In this document: in pieces, positions 9,939 through 19,675 of the stretch
Numbering within the stretch: the stretch's first letter is position 1
Layout of the letters: each line of letters opens with the position of its first letter
Source of the DNA: an uncultured virus (IMG/VR IMGVR_UViG_3300025009_000079)
Taxonomy: Duplodnaviria; Heunggongvirae; Uroviricota; Caudoviricetes
Virus record (IMG/VR): IMGVR_UViG_3300025009_000079
DNA length: 64,000 bases
Strand: one strand, 5' to 3'
The notes under the pieces: model-generated
Told to the model about the DNA's origin: nothing
Seen by the model: only the letters and a program-made list of their open reading frames with translations
The model's database searches: none
Position numbers and translations under genes: made by a program

Positions 9939-10361
9939 TCATTCAGTCCTCTCAATTTGTACAAACTTCATCATGGGTTCACCCGCAGGCCCAAAGCCTA
10001 TCTCGACCACGAGCCGAAATCCACCAGGCACACCGGGAGCGACATGATCCGGCACAACCCATGACACTTCTTGGCTATATCCAGACTCGTTCCCTGCCAC
10101 ATCGTAAGCCGTGGCCGCGAAATAGACGGTCCTGCCATCCTCGGGAGTGATATCTATTGTGGCTGTTTTCTGCTCGTTTGCTACGGCTGGAACATCAACA
10201 TGGGCCGTGTAGCTCCGTGAGGCATCGCCCCAGTAGATTCGGTAGCCCGCCAGGTCCGGCTCCGTGTTGGGGTTCCATGCGAGCGTTACAGGCGCGGCCT
10301 GGGCGAGAGATGCCGAGAAGACCAGCATCGCCAGAATTGCAATGAATCGGGTTTTCGTCAT
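9939..10361 (-). CDS. Fibronectin type III domain protein with signal peptide
   Basis: VTLAWNPNTEPDLAGYRIYWG...YFAATAYDVAGNESGYS; N-terminal AQA cleavage motif. Confidence 0.85.
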   Translation of the reverse strand: MTKTRFIAILAMLVFSASLAQAAPVTLAWNPNTEPDLAGYRIYWGDASRSYTAHVDVPAVANEQKTATIDITPEDGRTVYFAATAYDVAGNESGYSQEVSWVVPDHVAPGVPGGFRLVVEIGFGPAGEPMMKFVQIERTE

Positions 10362-10440
10362 TTCTACTCCCTTGAAGTGGGGTTGTCCTTGTCTTTGTTT
10401 CCGTTATGTCCGTGGCGGGTTGGCCGGACGCCCCAAATTG

Positions 10441-12528
10441 TCACTCCATTACGGTAATGAGCAATGTTTGTGCATTGGTCCCAAGCGCAAGATATCCAGT
10501 CCCGTCAAATTTCTCGATTTTTGCATCCACGGTGTTTGCTGTCGCGTCTTCCGAACCGGCACTGAATCGTTTCGTGGTAGCCCCAAGCCCTGAATTGGTG
10601 GTACTCATCATTGTCTGGATTGCGCTTGCAGTCACCAGTCCCTTGGTGAACGATATTACGGCCCCTTGCGCGTCCGTGGCAGGAGCGGCGGAGAGGATGG
10701 CGTAAGGATCTGATGCAACCGTGATGGTTCCGGCTCCGTTGCTGGTCACACGCGCCACGCGAGGATACATATGCTTTATCGTGCGAGTGGTGGTGATGCC
10801 GTAAGTCCCGAACAGTTTGGTCCATCCGGTAATCAATTGAGGCCCGAATGTCAGATAGTCGCTCGTCCTGGCAACTGCGCCATGATCCGCAACCAGAATG
10901 GCGGTAGCGTAGGGTCCAGACGCTAGACTCCATTTGTTCCCGGTTACTGTTCCGTACTGCACTCCACCGAGAATCAATGCTCCCGTGTGCGTGCCGGTCA
11001 ATGTCACTGCATTGTTGGCTATTACCACGTTGTCGGCATGTCTGACTGTCATCCCGTGAACGTAGTCATTCCCGCTGTTGACAATATTCCCATCTATCAC
11101 CAACCCATCGAAAGTATATACATTGGTTGACCCATTATATAGAGCATTAATCACAGCAATGGAGTTATATTCGTCTGTAGAGTGATTAAGCAATCCAGAT
11201 AATTTGTTACTTGAGATTGCTATGTTTTCGCTGTCTCCGTTTTCGGTGTTAATATATATTCCGTTATATCCTCCTGTCATTACATTGTTAGTAACAACAA
11301 GTCCACGGTGAACCCTAAACGCCATGCACGCCTCAACATAACTCGTAGCAACATTTGACCAGTCTACGATGTTCCCGTCAATTACTGCGTTGACATTCCA
11401 TGGCTCGGAATTGCCGACCTGGATTGATCCATAAATGGAGTGCCTGTCCGTTGCTGTAGAGAGAAATCTGTTGTTACGGATCACAACATCGTAGCAAGTT
11501 TGATAGTTTATCCCATATCCACCCGCCGTCAGGCCGGCGTAATAAACGTTCCCGTGTGAATAGTTGTTTTCAATCGTAAGACGCTTCGCTCCCAGTGCGT
11601 TGATAGCCGTGCAGAATACGGTAAACTCACAGTCTCGCACAATCACGTCCGTTACATTCGGCGTCGAATAGGTCGCCGTGGTGGGAGCGGAAAGCATTAT
11701 CGCGGAAGGCACCTCTCCAGGACTCCCGGTTCCGTCAGCCGCCCCAACGAATTTTATTCCGGATATCGTCACCCCTGCCGTAGCCACGTAGGTCGAATCA
11801 TATCCTATGTCGATTATGGCCCCGGTCGTATCGGTGGTCTGGATGACAGTTTGGCTCGCCCCTTTGCCGAGAATGTTTGTGGACTTTACGACCGAAAGGG
11901 TATGCCTCGTACCGGAATAGCGGTTCATGAGGTAGGTTTTGGCGTCAAGCTCGACTGTATTTGCGGCCTCGATAGCGCATTGCATCGCCGTTGCTGAATC
12001 GGTCGGTGACGCGGAAGCCCCAAACATTTCGGGAGTAGCAACAGACAGTCCTATTACTTCCCCCGGCGACGCGTCAAACATCTGCTCGCCGTTGTCTTCG
12101 AGGTGCGAGCCTGCCGCGAAGGTCAGGGTATTTGCGGCGGTAGTGGTCAGAACGAAGCCTGGTATGGTCGTGAAGGTGGTCCCGGAAGGTATGGTCAAGG
12201 GAGCCGAAAGCGTAACATCGGCGGACAGAACCACGCGCGGCGTGCTTGCATTGGCAATAGCCGCGATCAACTTGGCCTCGGTCTTTGGATATGCCGTCGA
12301 AGTATACTCCATTAACTTCTCGGGCGTGATCTTCTTGGTCTTTCCGGATGATGAGATCCCGGTATCGGAGACATCAACAATCGGAAACACGTCACTGTCG
12401 GATGGTAAATCTGTCAGGCTGGGAAGATCGCTAATTCTAGCATCGGCAGCAAAAAGACTATGTGGAAATGCCGCTATCAAAAATACGCAAATCCAGAACG
12501 ATGCCATAACCGAAGTAAATCGCTTCAT
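10441..12528 (-). CDS. Tailspike-like right-handed beta-helix protein 2
   Basis: TPEMFGA...DSATAMQCAI, ILGKGASQTVI, Asn-rich parallel beta-helix repeats. Confidence 0.8.
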   Translation of the reverse strand: MKRFTSVMASFWICVFLIAAFPHSLFAADARISDLPSLTDLPSDSDVFPIVDVSDTGISSSGKTKKITPEKLMEYTSTAYPKTEAKLIAAIANASTPRVVLSADVTLSAPLTIPSGTTFTTIPGFVLTTTAANTLTFAAGSHLEDNGEQMFDASPGEVIGLSVATPEMFGASASPTDSATAMQCAIEAANTVELDAKTYLMNRYSGTRHTLSVVKSTNILGKGASQTVIQTTDTTGAIIDIGYDSTYVATAGVTISGIKFVGAADGTGSPGEVPSAIMLSAPTTATYSTPNVTDVIVRDCEFTVFCTAINALGAKRLTIENNYSHGNVYYAGLTAGGYGINYQTCYDVVIRNNRFLSTATDRHSIYGSIQVGNSEPWNVNAVIDGNIVDWSNVATSYVEACMAFRVHRGLVVTNNVMTGGYNGIYINTENGDSENIAISSNKLSGLLNHSTDEYNSIAVINALYNGSTNVYTFDGLVIDGNIVNSGNDYVHGMTVRHADNVVIANNAVTLTGTHTGALILGGVQYGTVTGNKWSLASGPYATAILVADHGAVARTSDYLTFGPQLITGWTKLFGTYGITTTRTIKHMYPRVARVTSNGAGTITVASDPYAILSAAPATDAQGAVISFTKGLVTASAIQTMMSTTNSGLGATTKRFSAGSEDATANTVDAKIEKFDGTGYLALGTNAQTLLITVME

Positions 12529-12547
12529 AGTTTTATCTGCCCTTTTC

Positions 12548-12841
12548 CTAGTTGATGGTAACGTACAAAGTCCCGCCGTCAATCGTGGTCAGAACGAACC
12601 CCTCGAATGGAACTTCGGGGGACGGATTGATCCACGTCTCGATGCCCACCGTCTCGTGATTCGGCGCCCCGGCAATGGCTCGGACGGGAGCCCATATGGC
12701 TCCGCCCCTGGTATCCTTGGTCACCAGATCATTGTCCGCCGCATTGGGGTGGTAGTCCATCCTGGATATGAAGACCGGACCTGTCCATATAGTCCCGGCC
12801 GTATCGAGCGCCCATACTCTTCCGGTTATTGCGTTTGCCAT
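12548..12841 (-). CDS. Small virion protein
   Basis: Between tailspikes, GGAGG SD. Confidence 0.6.
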   Translation of the reverse strand: MANAITGRVWALDTAGTIWTGPVFISRMDYHPNAADNDLVTKDTRGGAIWAPVRAIAGAPNHETVGIETWINPSPEVPFEGFVLTTIDGGTLYVTIN

Positions 12842-12898
12842 TTTATCGATTCCTCCAGTCCAAGCTCATGATCCGTATTGGTCCAATCTTTCGCCAAT

Positions 12899-14896
12899 TT
12901 ACTTCTTGGCCCAAGCCCCTGCTTCGTAGACATAGAATCCAGCCCCCGTTCCGCCTGGGTTCCAGGTTGCCCCGTCCGCATACGCCATCATGCCGTTGGC
13001 GGGAGATGCCGGTTCAGCCGTAAGCACTCGCAGATTCACGACATCGCTCTTGAATTGGTCACCGGCTGCCAAGGCCAGGCTGTTGGCCCCGTCCCGGCTC
13101 AGCTCCACGTCGGCCGCTCCCGCCGCGTCGTACCATTTCAATGTGCCGTTCAGCAGCATCCCGAACCGCTTCACTTCGTTCAAGAACAAAGAGAAGATGG
13201 TATTGGTGGTTCCGGTCCCGTAGAGTTGCTTCTCTTCGCTCACGGTGTGGGTTGACCTCAGGTCGTACAGTCCCCTGACCGCGGAAGCCGGGTAATAGTT
13301 CGAGTTGTCGGGCACGATCACGTTCCCGGCCCCCGACGCCAAGCGGATGCACGAGCCTCTGACCGTCCACGATTCATCCGCGTCGGTATCCCCGAGGGTT
13401 GTCACCAAAAAGAAATCGTTGCCGACAACGGTCCCGGTTCCGGTGTTGAAATGGACGAAAGTTGCAGCGGTCGCGGCCTCATAGCTATGCACATCCTGGA
13501 ACACATTATCCGCGATGGTTGCGTTGGGGGCCGAGCCGCTCGCCGAGTCGGTCAGGTAAATGCCGTTTCGCAGGGCCTCCACCAGTTGGCAGTTGGCGAC
13601 CACCATGCGCTTTGACCCCAAGTTGTATATCAGGTCGGCCGGGTCCGGGTCTCCCGGCGTGGTGTTGCCGTGAGCCGCCGCCTCCGCGATGTCGTCGGCG
13701 TCGGTGGATTGAGAATCGGCATGCGTTCGACCGTGGATCTTCGTGCCGATGAAATGCACGGCCGGGGAATCCTCGATCACGGCTCCGTGATAGTAAAACC
13801 GCTCTATCACGCTATGGCCCGTGAATCGGATCGAATTGCTGTTGCGGCCACTGACGGCATCGGGTCCAATGTAAAGCGGAGGCACGCCGTCCGATCTGTT
13901 GGTGACCCACTTTCCGTTGTGCATCAGCATCAAGTTCTGGAACTCGGAATCCCACACGCCTTCCAGCCACAATCCATAGCCGACCATGTTGCTGCTGTAG
14001 AATTGGTCCGTATGCACCTTGTTGGCCGAAACGATCTTCAACCCACCCGTAGCGACGTGGTCCCCGTCGAGTTTGATCCCCTCGAGTTTGATATCGTTAA
14101 GGGGAGACGCACCGGAAAACGTGAGCATGTCGACGGCCGCGGTGGCCGTGAATACTGTTTTGTCCCCACCGTCCCCCAGGATTTTGACCGATGTGGTGAC
14201 CGTCCTAGCCTCGTTCCAGTCATAACTCCCGGCCGGCACTCGTACCGGGATGTCCGAGCTTGCCACGGCCACAATGGCAATGTAAAGGGTCGAGTCGTTG
14301 ATTGTACCGAACATCGCCGGCGAAACTCGCTCCACGGTTCCGGCTTGAAATATTACCCCTCCCGCCACGGTGGAGAACATCTGAGAGCCATTGTCCTCCA
14401 GATGGGAGCCAGTGGCAAAGGTCAGGATGTTCACCGCATCCGTGGTCAATATCGCTCCGGGCAGGGCCGAATAACTCACGCCGGACGGGATGGACAGTGG
14501 AGCCGACAAAGCTACGGAATCGGCCAAGATAATCCGGGGTGTTGTCGCGCTGGCAATGGCCGAAATCAGCCGCGCTTCCGTTTTGGGATACGCCGTTCCC
14601 GTATATTCTCCGAACCTGCCTATGACAACATTGTCATACGTCGTTGTAATGTAATTGGTCTTGGACAGCACCAGCTTGAAGTCTTGATCTCCATCGTAGT
14701 CATCGTCGGAAACCCAAAAGCTATAGAACCCGTCTATCGCGGTCGTGACGGTGCTGCCGGCAATGGGGGTGACCGAGTCTTCCGATTCGTAGATGGTTGC
14801 GAGAGTGCTTGATCCGGATAGGTAGACGGTCACGGTCCCGCCCTGGATTACTCGGCCATTTGCGTCGCAATAGGTATCTTGATGAATGTATCTCAT
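12899..14896 (-). CDS. Tailspike-like beta-helix protein 1 with N-terminal particle-binding domain
   Basis: DANGRVIQGGTVTVYLSGSSTLATIY N-terminus; VSPAMFG; ILGDGGDKTVF. Confidence 0.8.
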   Translation of the reverse strand: MRYIHQDTYCDANGRVIQGGTVTVYLSGSSTLATIYESEDSVTPIAGSTVTTAIDGFYSFWVSDDDYDGDQDFKLVLSKTNYITTTYDNVVIGRFGEYTGTAYPKTEARLISAIASATTPRIILADSVALSAPLSIPSGVSYSALPGAILTTDAVNILTFATGSHLEDNGSQMFSTVAGGVIFQAGTVERVSPAMFGTINDSTLYIAIVAVASSDIPVRVPAGSYDWNEARTVTTSVKILGDGGDKTVFTATAAVDMLTFSGASPLNDIKLEGIKLDGDHVATGGLKIVSANKVHTDQFYSSNMVGYGLWLEGVWDSEFQNLMLMHNGKWVTNRSDGVPPLYIGPDAVSGRNSNSIRFTGHSVIERFYYHGAVIEDSPAVHFIGTKIHGRTHADSQSTDADDIAEAAAHGNTTPGDPDPADLIYNLGSKRMVVANCQLVEALRNGIYLTDSASGSAPNATIADNVFQDVHSYEAATAATFVHFNTGTGTVVGNDFFLVTTLGDTDADESWTVRGSCIRLASGAGNVIVPDNSNYYPASAVRGLYDLRSTHTVSEEKQLYGTGTTNTIFSLFLNEVKRFGMLLNGTLKWYDAAGAADVELSRDGANSLALAAGDQFKSDVVNLRVLTAEPASPANGMMAYADGATWNPGGTGAGFYVYEAGAWAKK

Positions 14897-15384
14897 AGTT
14901 GAACTTTCTCCCATCGTTTTCCTACGTTGATCGCAGTGATGGTGTTGCGGTTCACCCTGAACATTTTGGCAATGTCTTTCTGATACAACAATTTTGACTT
15001 GAGAAGTATCTTAATGAGCCAAACTTCTCCTTCTTTCAATTTTGTACCCCCCACAAATCGCCCCTTTGCAACCATGTCTCTCATGTTGTCGCTAGCAGTT
15101 CCAATAAACAGGTGATTTGGATTTACACACAATGGGTTATCGCACTTGTGGAGGACGAACTTCCCTTCATCGACCGGCCCATTATGAATTACCCACGAAG
15201 CTATGTGCGCCTGTATTCTTCTGTTATTGTCGTAGAATCTACCATACTTCTCCCCACCACACACGGGGGCAGTCCATTCCCAACACTGATTCGCGTCGGA
15301 AACCCTGACATTGCACCAGAATTTATCCTGAAGACTTACCTTGCAGAACTTACCGGAAGAATTCCTGTTGTGGGTTTGTCTCAT
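14893..15384 (-). CDS. Free-standing HNH homing endonuclease with C-terminal HTH
   Basis: CWEW...YGRF...AHIASW...VLHKCDNPLCVNPNHLFIGTASDNMRD. Confidence 0.92.
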   Translation of the reverse strand: MRQTHNRNSSGKFCKVSLQDKFWCNVRVSDANQCWEWTAPVCGGEKYGRFYDNNRRIQAHIASWVIHNGPVDEGKFVLHKCDNPLCVNPNHLFIGTASDNMRDMVAKGRFVGGTKLKEGEVWLIKILLKSKLLYQKDIAKMFRVNRNTITAINVGKRWEKVQL

Positions 15385-18300
15385 TCTTCTCTTTCCTCAT
15401 CGTCAAGTGTTGTTCCTGCAACCCTTGTCATTATCCCGGCCATCTTGCGAGCAACGGTCATGTCTGGAGTTTTCATTCCTCGGATCAAACTACTCCTGAA
15501 TGCTTCATTGTTGAAATAAAGATCGGCAATCTTTTTTGAACTTAGCTGAGTTACTGTCATCCAGACTGGATGCCTCACCCATTTGTGGAGTTCATTTATT
15601 GTTGTTTGACCTGTTCCAGAAGGGTTCCCCGACATCTTCTCGGCTGTCGTTATGGTCTTGCTCACTTCATAGAGGTTGTCCAACCCTTCTCGTTCTGCCT
15701 TGGTTAGCATCACATCCAAATTGTCTGTCATTTTGTATTTGTCATAGGCCGTTGAAAACCTGGCATGATTTATTGACTGCTGTTCTCCTTGCGAGATCAT
15801 CCCCTCGAACCATGCTTGCTTTATTTTCTGAAACGACCTTGGTCCTGCTACCTGTCGCAGCCTGGTTATATCTGACACATTTGGCTTTGCCTTGAAAAAC
15901 TTGGCAGCAACATCTTCCGGGCTTGTCGAGTTCATCATTTGCCGTATCTGACTATCTTTCCAGACTCGTATCCCTGGAAGGGCCTTGTCACCCTCTCGAT
16001 AGAATTTGTTGGCTATCTCAAGAGTTTCCTTTACGGCGGGGTCTTCCACCTTTGCACTGAAAGCCGCTATATCATCGCCTATGGCATTTGAAAGGGACCG
16101 GAGAATCCTCTTGTTGTTAAAATCACTAGTTTTCTCAATCATCTTGCCAAGCGAAGACTTGTCGGCTCTTAACTCAGACCAAGTGTAAGCCGGCTCGACG
16201 CTCTTCTGGATAATTCGATTTCCTTGAGCATCCAATATCGGACTGACTTCAATGCTCGCATTTTCTGCCTTGCCGGTGATTCTAAGTATCCTCTTTATCG
16301 TGGGAGATTCTAATTTCCCAAGTTCATCCATGTGTTGAGCCGCGGCGTCGGCAAGGTTTTTCGTGTCAATCTTCGTCTCGGGAGGCACGGGAACTCTGTC
16401 ATATAGAATCGATGCTTTTTTGTTGAACGCCCTATATCGGTTCCATGAAGTCTTCTGAGCCGACCGCCCCGCCGCCAGTGGATCTACTGTTCCCCCAAAG
16501 AATTCCTCTTGGACTTTTATGGCATAGTCTTGAACCTGCTTGGCTTGTTCTTGCCGAGCTTTTTGGACAATGTTCGTTGAACCCATGTTCTTTTCGAGTT
16601 GTGATTCCAAAAGCCCAACACTTTTCTTCTGCGTTGTTTGTGCTGGAGTGAATTTGACTCCTGTCTCACGGCTCAGCGCCTCTCTCCCCGCAACCTTAGC
16701 CGCTTGCCCTGATAGTTGACCAGTCACCGCAGGGGTTGACATCCCGCCCTTCCATGCGCTTATGGCTGGACCAACGACTTGTCCTCCCCCTTCTAGCGCC
16801 GCTCCGGTCAAGACCTGTTTCCCGGCCGAAATGAATCTTCCCGGAAGAGATTCCGTTGGCTTTGTACCTGCGTATTCTTCCAAAAGATCTGCGGCTTGCG
16901 CTCCCATGCCGTATCCCAATCCAGCCCCAGCCATAGTTCCGGCTACTGGAGCAACAGCACTTCCAGCAATTCCGCCAGCCACCATCCCTGAAGTTTCCAG
17001 GACTGGTCGCACATAAGGGGAAGCGGCCCCGGCTATCCTTTGTCCCCACGAACGATCATCCTTCATGGCGTCACGAGCCTCTATCCCTGCGGCCTTGAAC
17101 AAATCCTCATCCGACATGGACGACAAATCCACTCCTGCTATTTTGGCCAGTTCTTCGTCTGACATGCCGGATAGGTCTTGTGTGGGTCCATCTTGTCCGG
17201 CATTCAAACCACCGATGGATTGCTGTTGGGTGGACCGCTGTGCTGGTTGCCCCAAACCAGACATCGCACTTGACACCTTCGATGCAAATTCTTTTTGCTC
17301 CTGAGTTACATCCAATGCGCTTGGATCTCCCGAAATGATTCTCCCTACAATGGTTTCCTTCTGCGCTAGTTCGTCCCCACCGCCATACTTCTTGAAAGCC
17401 TCTTTCTGTTTGTCGGTAAGCTCGAAATTCGGAACCATGTTGTTTTGTCGCATGGTGAGTCGGGCGAATTCATTCTTCGCAACGGCCTGCTTCTCTGGCT
17501 CTGACAACGTACTGTATGGGTTAAGAACGATGGTTCCGCTATTGAAGTCCGCCATGCCTCCTACCTTGGGATTTTTTTTGAACCACCGATCTTCATCTTG
17601 AGATACTTCTCGTATCGGGTATTTTTGTTGGGGAGGCTGCTGTGCTGATTGAGTCGCACCAGCTTCAGCCAACATCTTTTCGCCCACATCCTTGGTGATT
17701 CCCTTGTCTTCCGGGTCATATCCGAACTTCCGCATGAAGTGCTCCATCCATGCGGTCGGATGGTCTTCGGACTTGAGCATTTCCCCCGTCTTGGGATCGG
17801 ACGACGACCAATGATACATTCCGTCATGCTTGTTTCGCTCAGGGACTATCCCGGCAGCCTTGAATAAATCCTCATCCGACATGGACGACAAATCTACCCC
17901 TGCTATTTTGGCAAGCTCTTCGTCTGACATGCTGGATAGGTCTTGTGGTCCCATCTCAGCATGATGCAGTTCGGCATACCTGGTTGCCTCCTCTGGTGTT
18001 TTAAAAATTCCAAGGTGTTTTCCTGTTTTTCTGTACTGATCGAAGGCTTCTTCCGGCGACATCTCCCTACCATCGTCGGCAATGGTTGGGACCAAAACTT
18101 CACCCTGATCCGTTCCAAAGCTCATGGACTTCACTGTACTAGTTGTTCCGTCTGCGTTTTTGACAATTGGTCTTGTGCTATAATCAATGTTTCCCGGAAC
18201 TATCGGCTGTAAGTCTGACAAATCGCTATTGCTCGTACCCGGAATCTCTGCCGCTTGAGCCTCAGACGGAGATACAAACTTGGAAACCTTCTCGGCTATC

Positions 18301-19670
18301 CTCGAAAGATAGTTCTTGGTTTCGTCCGGCATGAATCCTTGCTTGACCCTTTCGGGTCCAGCGTTGTATGCCCAAAGAGCATCATGCCAACCGCCAAACT
18401 TGTCCTTCTGTGCCTTGAGATACCTGAATCCGCCGCTCAGATTGTCGATGGGATCTTTGGGGTTGACACCTAAATCCTTGGCCGTATTGCCAGTTATGGT
18501 AATGTATCCATCTCTCCACATAACCCACGTTTTATTCTCAACGGACGGGCACCATACTGGTTCAGGTGGGACTAATACATATTTCGTCCTTGTAGTAGAC
18601 GCACTAGTAACGTTGCGCGACTTAACATGGCCTTGATATTTATTTTGCGTATTGTACGTTTCCCCATTGATACGCGTTGTTCCTGCCAATCTAACCAATT
18701 TAAGGTTTGACACTTTGCCAATTAAGAATAAAAGAGTTTGAATATCTCTGGCCCTATCTAAATCAGATTGACAATAAGACTGAAATCCATTATTTTTTTG
18801 GCTAGCATCGGTATCAAGAAGTGATTTCCACAATATGTCTGCTTGCTTCCTGGTAATATTTGTTAATAGATTTGTTGATAATCGTTTTTTGCCTTCATGT
18901 AACAACCAAGTAGATATCAACCTTGCAGAGTCTCCAGTTATGCACCATCTATACTTACCTTCTGTTTCACTCTCATGGGCCATAACCCCACTTTTCTCTA
19001 TGGCCGATCTGAACAGATCTACTAAGTCTTTTTGGTAAATGTCAATTTGGTTGCCTTTCTTTCCTATGCTCCCGTCAGCAAACACGAGGCCCAGAAGATA
19101 TACTAAATCATCATCAACAACTTGTGTGTCACAAAAAACATATTCTCCACCACGGACTATATTCTGTCTACGTGGAAGGATAAGATCTGTTGTCTCTTTC
19201 ATGACCAACTGTGGATTAATGCTTCTTCTGTTGTTTGGAAGAACCTCTATAACCCATTTATGATTTTGAGTTACAGTAAAGTCGAATCCTTGATTGAATA
19301 TTCTGATCAATGGCCCTGGATTTTCATAAAAATGTAACTCCAGTAATGGTTGAAGCTCAATGCGTGATGATGTTATATTATAGGTGAATATCTGCTCTCC
19401 AACTGAAAGTTCGTCGTAACGTTTCCATCCGTTTGCCGTGAGGGCCATGCAGTCCAAAGTAACACATGCCGGCATGAGTTGAGTGAGCCCCATTGCGCCC
19501 TTGGGCGACACGGCTTCCTGATTCCACTCCGACTCTTGGCCGATCAACGAATGCGCCAGCGGCTTGGGTATCCCATGCTTTTGGGCAAGAATGTCGGCCG
19601 AAGTTTTATGATCCAACTTGGCGGCTCTTAATAGGTCTTCATCCGACCAATCCATTGATTTGTTCTCCAC
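15381..19670 (-). CDS. Large internal virion/ejection protein with N-terminal lytic transglycosylase (SLT) domain interrupted by an intein
   Basis: QES...AVSPKGAMGLTQLMPA|TAKDLGVNP...NLSGGFRYL...ALWAYNAGP. Confidence 0.85.
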   Translation of the reverse strand: MENKSMDWSDEDLLRAAKLDHKTSADILAQKHGIPKPLAHSLIGQESEWNQEAVSPKGAMGLTQLMPACVTLDCMALTANGWKRYDELSVGEQIFTYNITSSRIELQPLLELHFYENPGPLIRIFNQGFDFTVTQNHKWVIEVLPNNRRSINPQLVMKETTDLILPRRQNIVRGGEYVFCDTQVVDDDLVYLLGLVFADGSIGKKGNQIDIYQKDLVDLFRSAIEKSGVMAHESETEGKYRWCITGDSARLISTWLLHEGKKRLSTNLLTNITRKQADILWKSLLDTDASQKNNGFQSYCQSDLDRARDIQTLLFLIGKVSNLKLVRLAGTTRINGETYNTQNKYQGHVKSRNVTSASTTRTKYVLVPPEPVWCPSVENKTWVMWRDGYITITGNTAKDLGVNPKDPIDNLSGGFRYLKAQKDKFGGWHDALWAYNAGPERVKQGFMPDETKNYLSRIAEKVSKFVSPSEAQAAEIPGTSNSDLSDLQPIVPGNIDYSTRPIVKNADGTTSTVKSMSFGTDQGEVLVPTIADDGREMSPEEAFDQYRKTGKHLGIFKTPEEATRYAELHHAEMGPQDLSSMSDEELAKIAGVDLSSMSDEDLFKAAGIVPERNKHDGMYHWSSSDPKTGEMLKSEDHPTAWMEHFMRKFGYDPEDKGITKDVGEKMLAEAGATQSAQQPPQQKYPIREVSQDEDRWFKKNPKVGGMADFNSGTIVLNPYSTLSEPEKQAVAKNEFARLTMRQNNMVPNFELTDKQKEAFKKYGGGDELAQKETIVGRIISGDPSALDVTQEQKEFASKVSSAMSGLGQPAQRSTQQQSIGGLNAGQDGPTQDLSGMSDEELAKIAGVDLSSMSDEDLFKAAGIEARDAMKDDRSWGQRIAGAASPYVRPVLETSGMVAGGIAGSAVAPVAGTMAGAGLGYGMGAQAADLLEEYAGTKPTESLPGRFISAGKQVLTGAALEGGGQVVGPAISAWKGGMSTPAVTGQLSGQAAKVAGREALSRETGVKFTPAQTTQKKSVGLLESQLEKNMGSTNIVQKARQEQAKQVQDYAIKVQEEFFGGTVDPLAAGRSAQKTSWNRYRAFNKKASILYDRVPVPPETKIDTKNLADAAAQHMDELGKLESPTIKRILRITGKAENASIEVSPILDAQGNRIIQKSVEPAYTWSELRADKSSLGKMIEKTSDFNNKRILRSLSNAIGDDIAAFSAKVEDPAVKETLEIANKFYREGDKALPGIRVWKDSQIRQMMNSTSPEDVAAKFFKAKPNVSDITRLRQVAGPRSFQKIKQAWFEGMISQGEQQSINHARFSTAYDKYKMTDNLDVMLTKAEREGLDNLYEVSKTITTAEKMSGNPSGTGQTTINELHKWVRHPVWMTVTQLSSKKIADLYFNNEAFRSSLIRGMKTPDMTVARKMAGIMTRVAGTTLDDEEREE
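18486..19466 (-). mobile_element. Intein (327 aa) with LAGLIDADG endonuclease
   Basis: Starts CVTLDCMALT, block B TQNHKW, YLLGLVFADGS, ends VWCPSVENKTW...ITGN followed by T; visibly AT-richer than flanks. Confidence 0.92.
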
Positions 19671-19675
19671 TTAAC

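Noticed and set aside
13670..14812. 380-aa antisense ORF in tailspike 1
   Set aside because: Codon-aligned shadow with no motif or SD, unlike the HNH in terL.
10441..14896. Diversity-generating retroelement acting on the tailspikes
   Set aside because: No reverse transcriptase and no adenine-specific repeat pair seen.
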